Source: Hydrurus foetidus (Eukaryota). Taken from it: a DNA stretch of 64,000 nucleotides. Where the stretch lies: NCBI GenBank assembly GCA_900617105.1, contig UYFQ01000023.1:248001-312000 (forward strand), written 5' to 3'. Position numbers and translations under genes: made by a program. Each line of letters opens with the position of its first letter. The stretch's first letter is position 1. The notes beneath the pieces were generated by a model, which ran no database searches, was not told the origin of the DNA, and saw only the letters and a program-made list of their open reading frames with translations. Below are positions 41,242 through 51,384 of the stretch, in pieces.

Positions 41242-43461
41242 TCAAGCAGCCGCCGAGGTTGAAGCAGAAGAAGCAGAGGAAATAAAAGGGACGGGAACAA
41301 TCGGAATGACGACCCGTTCATTCACCCGGCGCTTGGTCAGGATCAGCGGCACGCACAATTCATCGCTCTCGTAAATCACCACGCAGTCCATGCACTGGAA
41401 GCATTCGTCGTAGTCCACCGCACCCTGCTTGGTGATGGCCTGGTAGGCGCAGTCGCTGCGGCAGCGTTGGCAAGGCTGCCCGCATTCGTTGCGCCTGGTG
41501 ATCCACGACAGCATGCGAAAACGCCCCAGCACCGCCATGCCCGCACCCAGCGGACACAGGTAGCGGCAGTAGCCTTTGTAGACAAAGCTGCTGAGCAGCA
41601 CCAGCGCCACCGCCCACACCACAAACGGCCAAGCGCGTACAAAATTCAGCGTGATGCTGGTTTTGAAAGGCTCGATTTCCACCAAACTGTCCGTCAACGT
41701 CACCGAAAAGCAGGCCGACACCACAATGACGGCCAGCACGCCAAACTTGACGCGCTTGAGCCATTTATCGGTGCGCTCTGAAAGGCGAATCTGGCGCAGC
41801 CCGAGTTTGGCCGTGACTTGACTCACCAGCTCTTGCAGCGCGCCAAACGGACACAGCCAGCCGCAAAACGTGCCACGCCCCCACAGCACAAAGGTGACAG
41901 CCACAAAGGCCCAAAGCAGCACCGTCATCGGATCGTACAAGAAAAAATTCAAATTCCGCCCCGCGATCACGGCCTGCACCAGCGCCGTGATGTTCACAAT
42001 CGACAGCTGCCCTTGTGCGTACCAGCCGATAAAAAACAGCGTGAACAGCAAGTAGCCGGTGCGGAAGTTGGCGAGGCGGCGCTGACCACCCGCACCACCA
42101 GAACCACTTGCACCCCGCGTAAGCCAACTTTGGGTATGCAAGGCCCACGCCAAAAGCCCCAAGGCCACCACCAGCACAGCGAGTTCCCACCAGCGCTCTG
42201 TCCAGATCGAATGCCAGGTTTTGCTGTCGCTGCTGGCCGACTGGTAGAACTTGGCCGGCAGTTGGGCACTGAGGCCAAAGGCTTTGCGGATGCGCTCGGG
42301 ATAAATCAGGCCTTTGGCACGGGTGACGTGCAGCTCGACATCCAACGCCTGGGAAGGGTCAAGCCCGGCTGGGGCAATCACACGAAACACGCGCCAATCG
42401 GTGGGTACACCAGCAGACAAATTCGAGGATTTGAGGCTGTCGGGCAACTTCAGCGTGGTGTCCAAATCCAGATCGCGTATCTCGATGGGCAGGCGAGACT
42501 GCTGCAAGGTCAACCGGTCTGGCACAGTACCGCGCACAAAGTTATCGCCCACCAGCGAATAACGGCCTGCGCCAATCAGCAGCAAGGCGTGGTCGCCCGG
42601 ATCAAGGCGGCGCTGCAAGAACTGCCAGCCCTCGGGGGACAACAGGTTGCGGCCCACGGTGGGCACGCTCAGGTAGGCGAAATACAGGGTGATGAAAGCA
42701 TCGTCCGGGGATTGGCGGGCGATGGCATCCACGCCCTCGCCCACGGTGCCGACAAAGGCTTGGTCAATCTCACGGTTTTTGAAGGTTTTTTGAACAATCA
42801 ACCCTGCGTCCACCAAGGCATTCCAATCCATGGCTGTGTACAGCTCAGGCCGAATGTGCGCTATCAAATCGGGATCACGCCCTTCACCATAACCCAACTT
42901 GGCCCGCGCCACCTTGAGGGCTGAGCTGAGCAGGCTTTGGTTCAGGATGCGCACCGAGGCAGTGGCTTTGGCCACGCCGTCGATGTAGACGTTGGCACCA
43001 CCCGCTTTGCCGTCTTTGTCGGGATTGGCCCCGATTTTGATACTTTGCTTGAGCGACAAGCCCTGGTACTGCGCCACAAAGCGCAACAAGGGCGCTTCGC
43101 CCAAACCGTCCAGAAAAACCGGCTCGTGCTGCGAGAGCACTTTGACATCCATGAAAGCGCCCTTCGCGTCCAGCGCCACCAACAGATTGAAGGGCGTGCC
43201 CGAAAACCCAGGGATGGCGGCCAAATCCATCGACTCGAACGCATAAGCCACGATGGGCGTGGCAGTGGCGTCTTGTTTCAAGATCGGCCAGACCGGTAAA
43301 TCACGGTCTTTCTCGCCCACAATGAAAGGCGCGGGGAAGGCTTTCACCATGGTTTCACGGGTCATCACACCGGCCTGCGCGGTGAAAGCAGTGAAAGCCA
43401 TCCACGCCCCCACCAAAACCAGGGCGATGCGCAGGAGGTGTTTATTTTTCAAAAAAATCAT
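41242..43461 (-). CDS. NosR/NirI-like FMN-binding, 4Fe-4S membrane protein
   Basis: Periplasmic FMN_bind domain (DGVAKATAS), TM helices, FCGWLCP, YCRYLCP, CQRCRSDC and CFQCMDC. Confidence 0.88.
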   Translation of the reverse strand: MIFLKNKHLLRIALVLVGAWMAFTAFTAQAGVMTRETMVKAFPAPFIVGEKDRDLPVWPILKQDATATPIVAYAFESMDLAAIPGFSGTPFNLLVALDAKGAFMDVKVLSQHEPVFLDGLGEAPLLRFVAQYQGLSLKQSIKIGANPDKDGKAGGANVYIDGVAKATASVRILNQSLLSSALKVARAKLGYGEGRDPDLIAHIRPELYTAMDWNALVDAGLIVQKTFKNREIDQAFVGTVGEGVDAIARQSPDDAFITLYFAYLSVPTVGRNLLSPEGWQFLQRRLDPGDHALLLIGAGRYSLVGDNFVRGTVPDRLTLQQSRLPIEIRDLDLDTTLKLPDSLKSSNLSAGVPTDWRVFRVIAPAGLDPSQALDVELHVTRAKGLIYPERIRKAFGLSAQLPAKFYQSASSDSKTWHSIWTERWWELAVLVVALGLLAWALHTQSWLTRGASGSGGAGGQRRLANFRTGYLLFTLFFIGWYAQGQLSIVNITALVQAVIAGRNLNFFLYDPMTVLLWAFVAVTFVLWGRGTFCGWLCPFGALQELVSQVTAKLGLRQIRLSERTDKWLKRVKFGVLAVIVVSACFSVTLTDSLVEIEPFKTSITLNFVRAWPFVVWAVALVLLSSFVYKGYCRYLCPLGAGMAVLGRFRMLSWITRRNECGQPCQRCRSDCAYQAITKQGAVDYDECFQCMDCVVIYESDELCVPLILTKRRVNERVVIPIVPVPFISSASSASTSAAA

Positions 43462-43751
43462 CGGGCAACTTATCGAACTTTCGGGCTTTTTTCAGCGTGA
43501 TCTGTGCTTGTCTCCCGAGGGTTACAGCACTTTTTATGCCCGATGAACCCAACCCTTTGACCCCACCTCCGCCCGAGGCAGCACCGTGTTTTTGTGGCAT
43601 GGCCCTGTGCAAAAACTGCAAAAACCGTGTCGTGGTGCAACGGTTTGCCCACCACACACGGTTCATTTTGGGACACCACCAAGGGTAATTACGGCCCTGT
43701 GCCGTTGGTGTGTCCGTGCAATCGCCCTCTCTTCGCTTTTTTAGCGCCTTC

Positions 43752-45317
43752 CTACAGCGCCTTCGCCGCCATCGCCGCCCCCAAGCCACCCCAGGTCGCG
43801 CTGAACAGCCCAGCGTCCATCGTCTTCACGTTGTTCATGAGGGGTTTGAAGCCCATGTGGGCCAGCACGTCGCGTTCCAGGTCAATACCGGGGGCGATTT
43901 CGGTCAGCTCAAGGCCTGCGGTGGTTAGCTGGAACACGGCGCGTTCGGTCACGAACAGCACGTTTTGCTGGCGCTTGGCCGCGTCCAGGCCATTGAAGGT
44001 GATTTGCTCTACCTTGTCGATGAATTTGCGGGATATGCCCTCGGTCACGATGGTCAGTTTGCCGTCGCCTACCGCCACTTTCAGGCCACCGGCGGTGAAG
44101 GTGCCGCAAAACACCAGATTCGGCGTGGAGCGGGTGATGTTGACAAAACCACCGCAGCCGACCGGGCGGCCATTGAATTTGCTGACGTTCACGTTGCCGC
44201 TGTTGTCGGCCTGCGCCAGACCCAGGAAGCTGGCGTCCAAACCGCCGCCGTCGTAGAAATCAAACTGCAGCGATTGCTCGATGATGGCTTCTGCGTTGTA
44301 CGCCACGCCGAAATCGCCCAGCTGCGCGGGGATGCCGCCAGTGATACCGCTCTCAATGCTCAGCGTGAACTGGTCGGACACACCCTCCTCTGCCGCCACG
44401 GACGGCACACCGGCGGGAATGCCGATGCCCAGGTTGGTGATGGCACCGGGTTTGAGTTCCAAAGCGCAACGGCGGGCGATGACTTTGCGCTCGTCCAGCG
44501 GCATGGGTTCCAGCGAGCTGGTGGGCACGCGCACGTCGCCGCACAGCGCGGGGTTGAATTGGGTGGCGATGGTCTGCATGTGGTTTTCAGGCTGGCTGAC
44601 GACCACGTAGTCCACCGAAACGCCAGGGATTTTGACGGCTTTGGGATGCAGGCTACCCGCTTTGACGATGCGCTCGACCTGAGCGATGACGATGCCACCA
44701 CAGGCTTTGGCGGCGTGGGCGATGTTGATTTGCTCCAGCAGCACGCCTTCTTTGTCGAGCGTGATGTTGCCGTTTTCGTCAGACAAGGTGCCTCGGATGA
44801 TGGCCACGTCGATTTGGGGGCTGGGGTAGAACAACCATTCTTCACCTTGAAACTCAACCAGCTTCACCAGGTCTTCGGTGGAATTGGCGTTGAGCTTGCC
44901 GCCTTCAATGCGCGGATCGACAAAGGTGCCCAAGCCCACTTTGGTGAGCAAACCGGGGCTGCGGCTGGCGATGTGGCGGGTCAGGTGCGAGAGGCTGCCC
45001 TGGGGGAAGTTGTAGGCCTCGACTTCGCCCGCAAACACCATCTTCATCATCTCGGCACCCGTCTGGCCGAAGTGGCCGGCGATGGTACGTTTGATCATGC
45101 CCGTGTGTGCAAAGTGAACCATGCCAGCGTCTTTGCTGTTGCCGATGGCACCGCACGCCCAGGTGGTGACTTGGCGCGGGTGGCCGGTGGTTACGAAGTT
45201 GTGCTCCACGCCTTTGAGGACTTCTTCGGGCAGGCTGGTGACGGCCAGACCACCTAGAAAAATGGTGGCGTTGTCTTTGATGAGGGCGCCGGCTTCGTTG
45301 GCAGTGATGATTTTCAT
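43752..45317 (-). CDS. family I acyl-CoA:acetate/propionate CoA transferase (YdiF/Pct-like)
   Basis: EAYNFPQG, GLGTFVDPR, NLGIGIP, SIESG, FDFYDGGGLD, GCGGF, EIAPGIDL. Confidence 0.9.
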   Translation of the reverse strand: MKIITANEAGALIKDNATIFLGGLAVTSLPEEVLKGVEHNFVTTGHPRQVTTWACGAIGNSKDAGMVHFAHTGMIKRTIAGHFGQTGAEMMKMVFAGEVEAYNFPQGSLSHLTRHIASRSPGLLTKVGLGTFVDPRIEGGKLNANSTEDLVKLVEFQGEEWLFYPSPQIDVAIIRGTLSDENGNITLDKEGVLLEQINIAHAAKACGGIVIAQVERIVKAGSLHPKAVKIPGVSVDYVVVSQPENHMQTIATQFNPALCGDVRVPTSSLEPMPLDERKVIARRCALELKPGAITNLGIGIPAGVPSVAAEEGVSDQFTLSIESGITGGIPAQLGDFGVAYNAEAIIEQSLQFDFYDGGGLDASFLGLAQADNSGNVNVSKFNGRPVGCGGFVNITRSTPNLVFCGTFTAGGLKVAVGDGKLTIVTEGISRKFIDKVEQITFNGLDAAKRQQNVLFVTERAVFQLTTAGLELTEIAPGIDLERDVLAHMGFKPLMNNVKTMDAGLFSATWGGLGAAMAAKAL

Positions 45318-45343
45318 GGGGAAATCCTTTTGTGCGTGGCGGT

Positions 45344-46555
45344 TTAGGCTTTGCTGTCCGTCACGCGGATGATGGTGGCATAGCCGCTGTCACCAGCCGC
45401 GCAACCGGTGAACAGGCCCACGCCGCCGCCGCGCAGCACCAGCTCTTCGATCAGCTCGATGATGGCGCGCATGCCCGTGGGGGCTTGCGGGTGACCCCAG
45501 ATGATGGAGCTGCCGTAGTTGTTCATCTTGTCCCAGGCAAAGCCTAAGTCACGCGACAAGGCGATGTCGTTCACGGCGAACGGGTTGTGGGTTTTGATGG
45601 CGTCGATCTGGCCGATGCTCAGGTTCGCGGCCTTCATGGCATTCAGCGCAGCGGGCGATGGGGCCATGGGCATGTAGCCTTTTTCGACGCGGGCCATGCC
45701 GAAACTCAAAATTTCGATCTCGATGCCGGGGTTGGTGGCCACTGCTTTGGCGCGGGCGCGGCTGGTGACGATGGCCCCTGCATTGCCGTCGGCGGGATGG
45801 GTTTGGCCACCGAAGGTGACGGTACCGCCTTCTTTAACTGGCTTCAATTTGGCCAAGCCTTCAGCGGTGGTGGGGAAGATACCTTCGTCAGCAGTCAGCA
45901 GGCCGGTTTGTTTGCGGAATTTGGCATCGGTCAGCGCCACATCCACCATGTAGCGTTTTTGGAAAGCGCGGTCATCGGCCAGCGCTGCGGTGTACTGGTT
46001 GTAGCGGTGCAGCTTGAGTTCGTGCTGCTCTTGCGTGCTGATGCCATAGCGTGCAGCCACGTTTTCGCCTGTTTGCAGCATGGGGTTTTTGGCGTAGGGG
46101 TCATGGCCCATGTTGTCGGGCACCCAGTGCTCGGTGATGCCGTAACCGCCGGTGCCGGAAGGGTCTGGGTAATAGACGACAGGGCCGTTGGACTGGCGGT
46201 CGGCCATCACCAGCAAGGCGCAATCGGCTGTGCCGCAGCTCACCTCCTGGGCAGCCATTTGCAAGGCACGCACGCTGGTGGCGCAGGCTTGCTGGATGGT
46301 GGGGCCAGCCACGTGGTCGATACCCATCAAGCCGGTCACGTAAGGCAGGCCGTAGAAGCTGCCTTTTTGCGGGTTGGTCAAACCCAGGATGCCCAAGTCA
46401 ATCTGCGCCATGTCGAAGTTTTTCGATTGCAAGGCCTGCTTACCCACATTCGCGGCGAGGGGCAGCGCATTCAGGTTGGCGAGTGAGCCTTGCCATTTGG
46501 CAAAGGGGGTTGACCAGTAGATGCCGTAAGGGATGAAGGCTTGCAGGGTTGTCAT
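45344..46555 (-). CDS. thiolase family protein (atypical motifs)
   Basis: QQACATS (catalytic Cys), ADGNA, KTHNPFA, WGHPQAPTG, GCAAGDSG. Confidence 0.88.
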   Translation of the reverse strand: MTTLQAFIPYGIYWSTPFAKWQGSLANLNALPLAANVGKQALQSKNFDMAQIDLGILGLTNPQKGSFYGLPYVTGLMGIDHVAGPTIQQACATSVRALQMAAQEVSCGTADCALLVMADRQSNGPVVYYPDPSGTGGYGITEHWVPDNMGHDPYAKNPMLQTGENVAARYGISTQEQHELKLHRYNQYTAALADDRAFQKRYMVDVALTDAKFRKQTGLLTADEGIFPTTAEGLAKLKPVKEGGTVTFGGQTHPADGNAGAIVTSRARAKAVATNPGIEIEILSFGMARVEKGYMPMAPSPAALNAMKAANLSIGQIDAIKTHNPFAVNDIALSRDLGFAWDKMNNYGSSIIWGHPQAPTGMRAIIELIEELVLRGGGVGLFTGCAAGDSGYATIIRVTDSKA

Positions 46556-46611
46556 GGTGTTGTCTCCTGATGAGGGGCTGAATCAAAGGTTTCTCAAGGG
46601 TTTTCACGGAT

Positions 46612-46654
46612 ATTTGACGCTTGTTTCAGCGTCAAATTAGTTATAGACTGTAAC
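46612..46654. promoter_or_regulatory. inverted repeats in the divergent thiolase/crotonase promoter; candidate MarR operator
   Basis: ATTTGACGCT-N6-AGCGTCAAAT (46612-46637) and GTTATA-GAC-TGTAAC (46640-46654). Confidence 0.55.
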
Positions 46655-46685
46655 CACTTTAACGAACACAAGCAAGGCACCTGCG

Positions 46686-47471
46686 ATGACCATCACACAA
46701 ATTTCCAACGATCTTTCCTTAGAAATCAAAGGCGCTGTTGCCATCGTGCGGTTGACCCGATCCGCCAAGCGCAATGCCATCAACGATGCCTTGGTGTTGG
46801 CGCTGCGTGATGTGTTTGAGTCGTTCAGCAGCGACATCAAAGCAGCGGTGATTGCAGGGGAAGGCGACCACTTTTGCGCCGGTCTGGATTTGAGCGAACT
46901 CAGCGACCGCGATGCCGTGCAAGGCCTGCACCACTCGCGCATGTGGCACAAGGCGCTGGACGCGGTGCAGTTTGGCCCTGTGCCTGTGATCACAGCGCTG
47001 CACGGCGCTGTGGTGGGCGGCGGTTTGGAGCTGGCCAGCGCCAGCCACATCCGCGTGGCCGATGAATCGACGTTTTACGCCCTGCCCGAAGGCTCGCGCG
47101 GTATTTTTGTAGGCGGCGGGGCATCGGTACGCGTGCCCAAGCTGGTGGGCGTGGCCCGCATGACGGACATGATGATGACCGGCCGCGTCTACAACGCGCA
47201 AGACGGCGAACGTGCGGGCTTTGCACAGTATTTGGTGCCCACCGGCCAAGCCTTTGCCAAGGCACTTGAGATCGCTGAAAAAGTAGCGCTGAACGCCCCC
47301 ATGACCAACTACGCGCTGACGCAGGTGCTGCCCCGCATTGCCGAGCAAACCGCCGACCACGGCTTGCTGACCGAGTCGCTGGTGGCCGCCATCACGCAAT
47401 CGGCTCCTGAAGCCAAAGAACGGGTGAAGGCGTTTTTGGAAGGCCGGGCGAACAAGGTGCAAAAAGGCTGA
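46686..47471 (+). CDS. crotonase/enoyl-CoA hydratase
   Basis: HFCAGLDLSE, VVGGGLE, LPEGSRG. Confidence 0.92.
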   Translation: MTITQISNDLSLEIKGAVAIVRLTRSAKRNAINDALVLALRDVFESFSSDIKAAVIAGEGDHFCAGLDLSELSDRDAVQGLHHSRMWHKALDAVQFGPVPVITALHGAVVGGGLELASASHIRVADESTFYALPEGSRGIFVGGGASVRVPKLVGVARMTDMMMTGRVYNAQDGERAGFAQYLVPTGQAFAKALEIAEKVALNAPMTNYALTQVLPRIAEQTADHGLLTESLVAAITQSAPEAKERVKAFLEGRANKVQKG

Positions 47472-47480
47472 TAGAGGCAT

Positions 47481-47520
47481 TGCCCCCATCCCAGCCTTCC
47501 CCCAGAGGGGGAAGGAGCAA
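47481..47520. repeat. REP-like palindrome
   Basis: CCCCCATCCCAG then hairpin CCTTCCCCC-AGA-GGGGGAAGG in an intra-operon spacer; only one copy seen in the window. Confidence 0.55.
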
Positions 47521-47542
47521 TCCAAGAATCCAGGAGACAACG

Positions 47543-49432
47543 ATGACCTCTTTACCAGCCCATTCACCCGCCAAATACCGCCCGATGACCTTCGGTGTCA
47601 CCCGCGTGCAGCTGCGCGACGGTGTACCCGGCACGCGCTACATTCGTGCAGAGCCTGAGCTGCAACCCTACGCCCCGACGATGGGCGAGCGCCTCGTGCA
47701 TTGGGCCACCACCACGCCCGACCGCACCTTGTTCGCCCGCCGCGCCACCTTGGCCGATGGCACGGGCGACTGGGTTCACTTGAGCTTCGCCCAAGCCCTG
47801 AGCGCCGCCCGCCACATCGGCCAAGCCCTGCTTGACCGGGGCTTGAACGCCGAGCGCCCCGTGCTGATCCTGAGCGACAACGATCTGGAGCACGCCATGC
47901 TGTCGCTGGCCTGCCTGTACGTGGGGGTGCCCTACTGCGCGATCTCTCCGGCCTATTCCACGCTGGGCACCACCTTCGACAAGTTCAGGCACGCTATGGC
48001 CACGCTGACCCCTGGGCTGGTGTTCGCCAGCAACGGCGCACGCTTTGGCAAGGGGCTGACGGCGGTGGTGCCTGCAGATTGCGAGATTGCTCTTACTTCT
48101 GTAGCAGGCTTCAACCGTACTGCGGGCAATATAAGCACTTTTGCGCAACTTTTAAACACCGACATCACGCCCGCTGTCGATGCCGCGTTTGCCCGCATCA
48201 CCCCCGAAAGCATCGTCAAATTCAGCTTCACCAGCGGCTCGACCAAGATGCCCAAGGCGGTCGTCACCACGCAGCGCATGTGGTGCGCCAACCAGCAGCA
48301 AATGGCGCAGTCCATGCCGACGATCACCGATGGCGAGCTGGTACTGGTCGATTGGCTGCCCTGGAACCACACCTTTGGCGGGAACCATAACTTTGGCATG
48401 GTCATTACCCACGGTGGCACGCTTTACATCGACGAAGGCAAACCCACGCCCGAAGGCATGGCCGAGACGCTGCGCAACCTGCGCGACATTGCCCCCACGG
48501 TGTACTTCAACGTGCCCACCGGGTTTGAGGTGATCGCCGAGGTAATGAAGACCGACGATCTGCTGCGTAAAAACCTGCTGAGCCGCGTGCGGATGTTCTT
48601 CTACGCCGCCGCTGCGCTGTCGCAACCGATTTGGGATGCTCTGCACAGCGCCCAAGAACGTGAAATCGGTGAACGTATCGTGATGGCCACAGGCCTGGGC
48701 ATGACGGAAACCTGCCCCTTTGCGCTGTGCGTGACGAACGCGAACGTGAAAGCGGGCGACATTGGCGTGCCTACACCGGGCATGGAAGTCAAATTGATTG
48801 ACGTGGACGGCAAAGTCGAGGTGCGCTACAAAGGCCCGAACGTCACGCCCGGCTACTGGCGCAACCCCGAAGCCAACGCAGAGGCGTTTGACGAGGAAGG
48901 CTTTTTCGCCAGCGGCGACGCGGTGAAATGGATTGACGCTGGCGACATTCACCAAGGTCTGGCTTTCGATGGCCGCATTGCCGAAGACTTCAAGCTCAGC
49001 ACGGGCACCTTCGTGAGCTTGGGGCCGATGCGCAGCAAAATCATCGCCGCCGGTGCGCCTTACGTGCAAGACGTGGTGCTGACCGGGTTGAACCTGAAAG
49101 AAGTCGGTGCGATGGTGTTCCCGACCGGCCATGTGCGCAGACTCTCCGGTCTGGAAGCGTCGGCCAGCATGGCGGATGTGCTGGCCAGTGCGCCGGTGTT
49201 GGCACACTTTCAAAACGTGGTGAACACGCTGGCCCAGGCCGCCACCGGCAGCGCCAGCCGCGTCGCCCGGCTGTGCCTGCTGGACGAGCCCCCGTCGCTG
49301 GATTTGGGTGAAATCACCGACAAAGGCTCCATCAACCAGCGTGCGGTGCTCAAGCACCGCGAAGCCATAGTCAATGCGCTGCATGACGACAGCTTGCTGC
49401 ACGTACTGAAACCTCAAACACATCAAATTTGA
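47543..49432 (+). CDS. fcs: feruloyl-CoA synthase-like acyl-CoA ligase
   Basis: FTSGSTKMPKAV, DWLPWNHTFGGNHN, GLGMTET, DGRIAEDFKLSTGT, EITDKGSINQRAVL; AGGAG RBS. Confidence 0.88.
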   Translation: MTSLPAHSPAKYRPMTFGVTRVQLRDGVPGTRYIRAEPELQPYAPTMGERLVHWATTTPDRTLFARRATLADGTGDWVHLSFAQALSAARHIGQALLDRGLNAERPVLILSDNDLEHAMLSLACLYVGVPYCAISPAYSTLGTTFDKFRHAMATLTPGLVFASNGARFGKGLTAVVPADCEIALTSVAGFNRTAGNISTFAQLLNTDITPAVDAAFARITPESIVKFSFTSGSTKMPKAVVTTQRMWCANQQQMAQSMPTITDGELVLVDWLPWNHTFGGNHNFGMVITHGGTLYIDEGKPTPEGMAETLRNLRDIAPTVYFNVPTGFEVIAEVMKTDDLLRKNLLSRVRMFFYAAAALSQPIWDALHSAQEREIGERIVMATGLGMTETCPFALCVTNANVKAGDIGVPTPGMEVKLIDVDGKVEVRYKGPNVTPGYWRNPEANAEAFDEEGFFASGDAVKWIDAGDIHQGLAFDGRIAEDFKLSTGTFVSLGPMRSKIIAAGAPYVQDVVLTGLNLKEVGAMVFPTGHVRRLSGLEASASMADVLASAPVLAHFQNVVNTLAQAATGSASRVARLCLLDEPPSLDLGEITDKGSINQRAVLKHREAIVNALHDDSLLHVLKPQTHQI

Positions 49433-49505
49433 TAGCAGATATCGCATACAAAATATGCTTGAATGCGCTAATTAATTACCTCAACAACCTCTCAAAAGAC
49501 ACACC

Positions 49506-50291
49506 ATGAACATCCAAGGACACAGCGCCATCATCACCGGCGCAGCTTCCGGCCTGGGCGAAGCCACCGCCCGCGAACTCGCTCGCCAAGGGGCCAAAGT
49601 GGCCCTGTTTGATGTGAACATCGCTCTGGCCCAAACCGTGGCGGCAGACATCAACGCCCAGTACGGTGCAGACACCGCCATCGCCTGCCAATGCGACATC
49701 ACCAACACCGAAAGCACCCAAGCTGCCATCGCCCAAGCCACGCAGACCCATGGCACCGCACGCATTTTGATGAACGTGGCCGGCATCGGTAGCGCCAAAC
49801 GCATCGTGCAACGCGACGGCTCGCCTGCGCCGCTGGAAGATTTCGTCCGCGTCATCAACGTGAATTTGATCGGTGGCTACAACATGGCACGCCTGTTCGC
49901 AGCCGCTTGCAGCAAGCTGGAGCCGCTGCCCAATGCAGAGCGCGGTGTGATGATGTTCACGGCTTCGGTGGCGGCTTTTGATGGGCAAGTTGGCCAGCAG
50001 GCGTACAGCGCATCCAAGGGTGGCTTGGTAGGCATGACGTTGCCTATGGCCCGCGATTTGTCGCAACACGGCATCCGCGTGTGCACCGTGGCCCCTGGCC
50101 TGTTTGCCACACCGCTGATGAAGCAATTGCCCGAGCCAGTGCAAGCCTCGCTGGCGGCCAGCATCCCCTTCCCTCCTCGTTTGGGCCACCCAGAAGAATT
50201 CGCCCAACTGGCCGCGCACATCGTGACCAACGGCCATTTGAACGGCGAAGTGATCCGCCTCGATGGCGCATTGCGCATGGCACCACGCTGA
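49506..50291 (+). CDS. SDR, 3-hydroxyacyl-CoA dehydrogenase type II-like
   Basis: TGAASGLG, ASVAAFDGQVGQ, YSASKGG, LNGEVIRLDGALRM. Confidence 0.92.
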   Translation: MNIQGHSAIITGAASGLGEATARELARQGAKVALFDVNIALAQTVAADINAQYGADTAIACQCDITNTESTQAAIAQATQTHGTARILMNVAGIGSAKRIVQRDGSPAPLEDFVRVINVNLIGGYNMARLFAAACSKLEPLPNAERGVMMFTASVAAFDGQVGQQAYSASKGGLVGMTLPMARDLSQHGIRVCTVAPGLFATPLMKQLPEPVQASLAASIPFPPRLGHPEEFAQLAAHIVTNGHLNGEVIRLDGALRMAPR

Positions 50292-50368
50292 TTGACCTCC
50301 CCCGATTGCCTTCCCTCCATTTCTCCACGCCGCCATCCCCTCCGCTTTATTCAGAAAGAGACTTGACC

Positions 50369-51352
50369 ATGCAAACCTCACGCCGTGAACTTCTTCAATT
50401 CGCCCTCGCTACCGCTGCGGGCAGCCTGCCATTGATCGGTCGGGCCCAGTCCATTGAAACAGCCAAAGTGCTGACCGGCTTCGCGGCTGGCGGCACCGTG
50501 GACACGCTGGCCCGCCGGGTAGCTACCAAACTGGCGCTCGGCTATGCCAAAGCCGCCGTGGTAGACACCCGCACAGGCGCAGGCGGGCAAATCGCCATCG
50601 CGGCTCTCAAGTCCGCCGCACCGGACGGCAGCACCCTGCTGGTCACGCCGATGTCGATGCTGGGCATTTACCCGCACACCTACAAAAAGCTGCCCTATGA
50701 CCCGGTGGCCGATGTGACCCCCGTGTCGCTGGGCGTGGTGTTTGACATGGGTTTCGCGGTAGGCCCGCAAGTGCCTGCTTCGGTGAAAACGGTGCCTGAG
50801 TTTTTGGAGTGGTGCAAAGCCAACCCGACCAACGCCAACTTCGGATCCCCCGCGCCCGGTTCGGTGCCGCACTTTGTGGGCGAACTGATTGGCCGTGCGG
50901 GCAAGGTTGACCTGCGGCATGTGGGTTTCAGAGGCTCACAACCCGCGATTTTGGACATGATGGGCGGGCAGATTGCAGCAGTCTCCGCCCCCGTCGGTGA
51001 ATTTTTGCCCCACTTGAGCAGCGGCAAAGCCCGCTTCCTGGCGACCTCGGGGGCCACGCGCAACAAGTTCGCTCCCAATGTGCCCACGCTGGTCGAGCAG
51101 GGGTACAAAGATTTGGTGTTCGGCGAGTGGTTCGGTTTCTTCATGCCCGGCAAAGCTGCGCCTGATGTGGTGCAAAAAGCCAACGCGGCCATCCGCGCTG
51201 CGCTGGCCGAAAAAGACGTGATCGACGGGCTGGCTGCGATGGGCCTGGAGGCCAAGTCCTCCAGCTCGGCAGAACTGGCGGCTCTGCTGAAAGCGGACGG
51301 CGACAAATGGGGGCCGATTGTGAAGGCGATTGGGTTTACGGCTGAATCCTGA
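50369..51352 (+). CDS. Bug/TctC substrate-binding protein (Tat signal)
   Basis: SRRELL, GFAAGGTVD, GAGGQ, HVGFRGSQPA. Confidence 0.9.
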   Translation: MQTSRRELLQFALATAAGSLPLIGRAQSIETAKVLTGFAAGGTVDTLARRVATKLALGYAKAAVVDTRTGAGGQIAIAALKSAAPDGSTLLVTPMSMLGIYPHTYKKLPYDPVADVTPVSLGVVFDMGFAVGPQVPASVKTVPEFLEWCKANPTNANFGSPAPGSVPHFVGELIGRAGKVDLRHVGFRGSQPAILDMMGGQIAAVSAPVGEFLPHLSSGKARFLATSGATRNKFAPNVPTLVEQGYKDLVFGEWFGFFMPGKAAPDVVQKANAAIRAALAEKDVIDGLAAMGLEAKSSSSAELAALLKADGDKWGPIVKAIGFTAES

Positions 51353-51384
51353 GCGCCGTTCGCTGCGCGGGCACAATACCCGCC

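Noticed and set aside
41242..43461. Evidence of a denitrification (nos) cluster
   Set aside because: nosZ, nosD, nosF, nosY and nosL are absent from the window.
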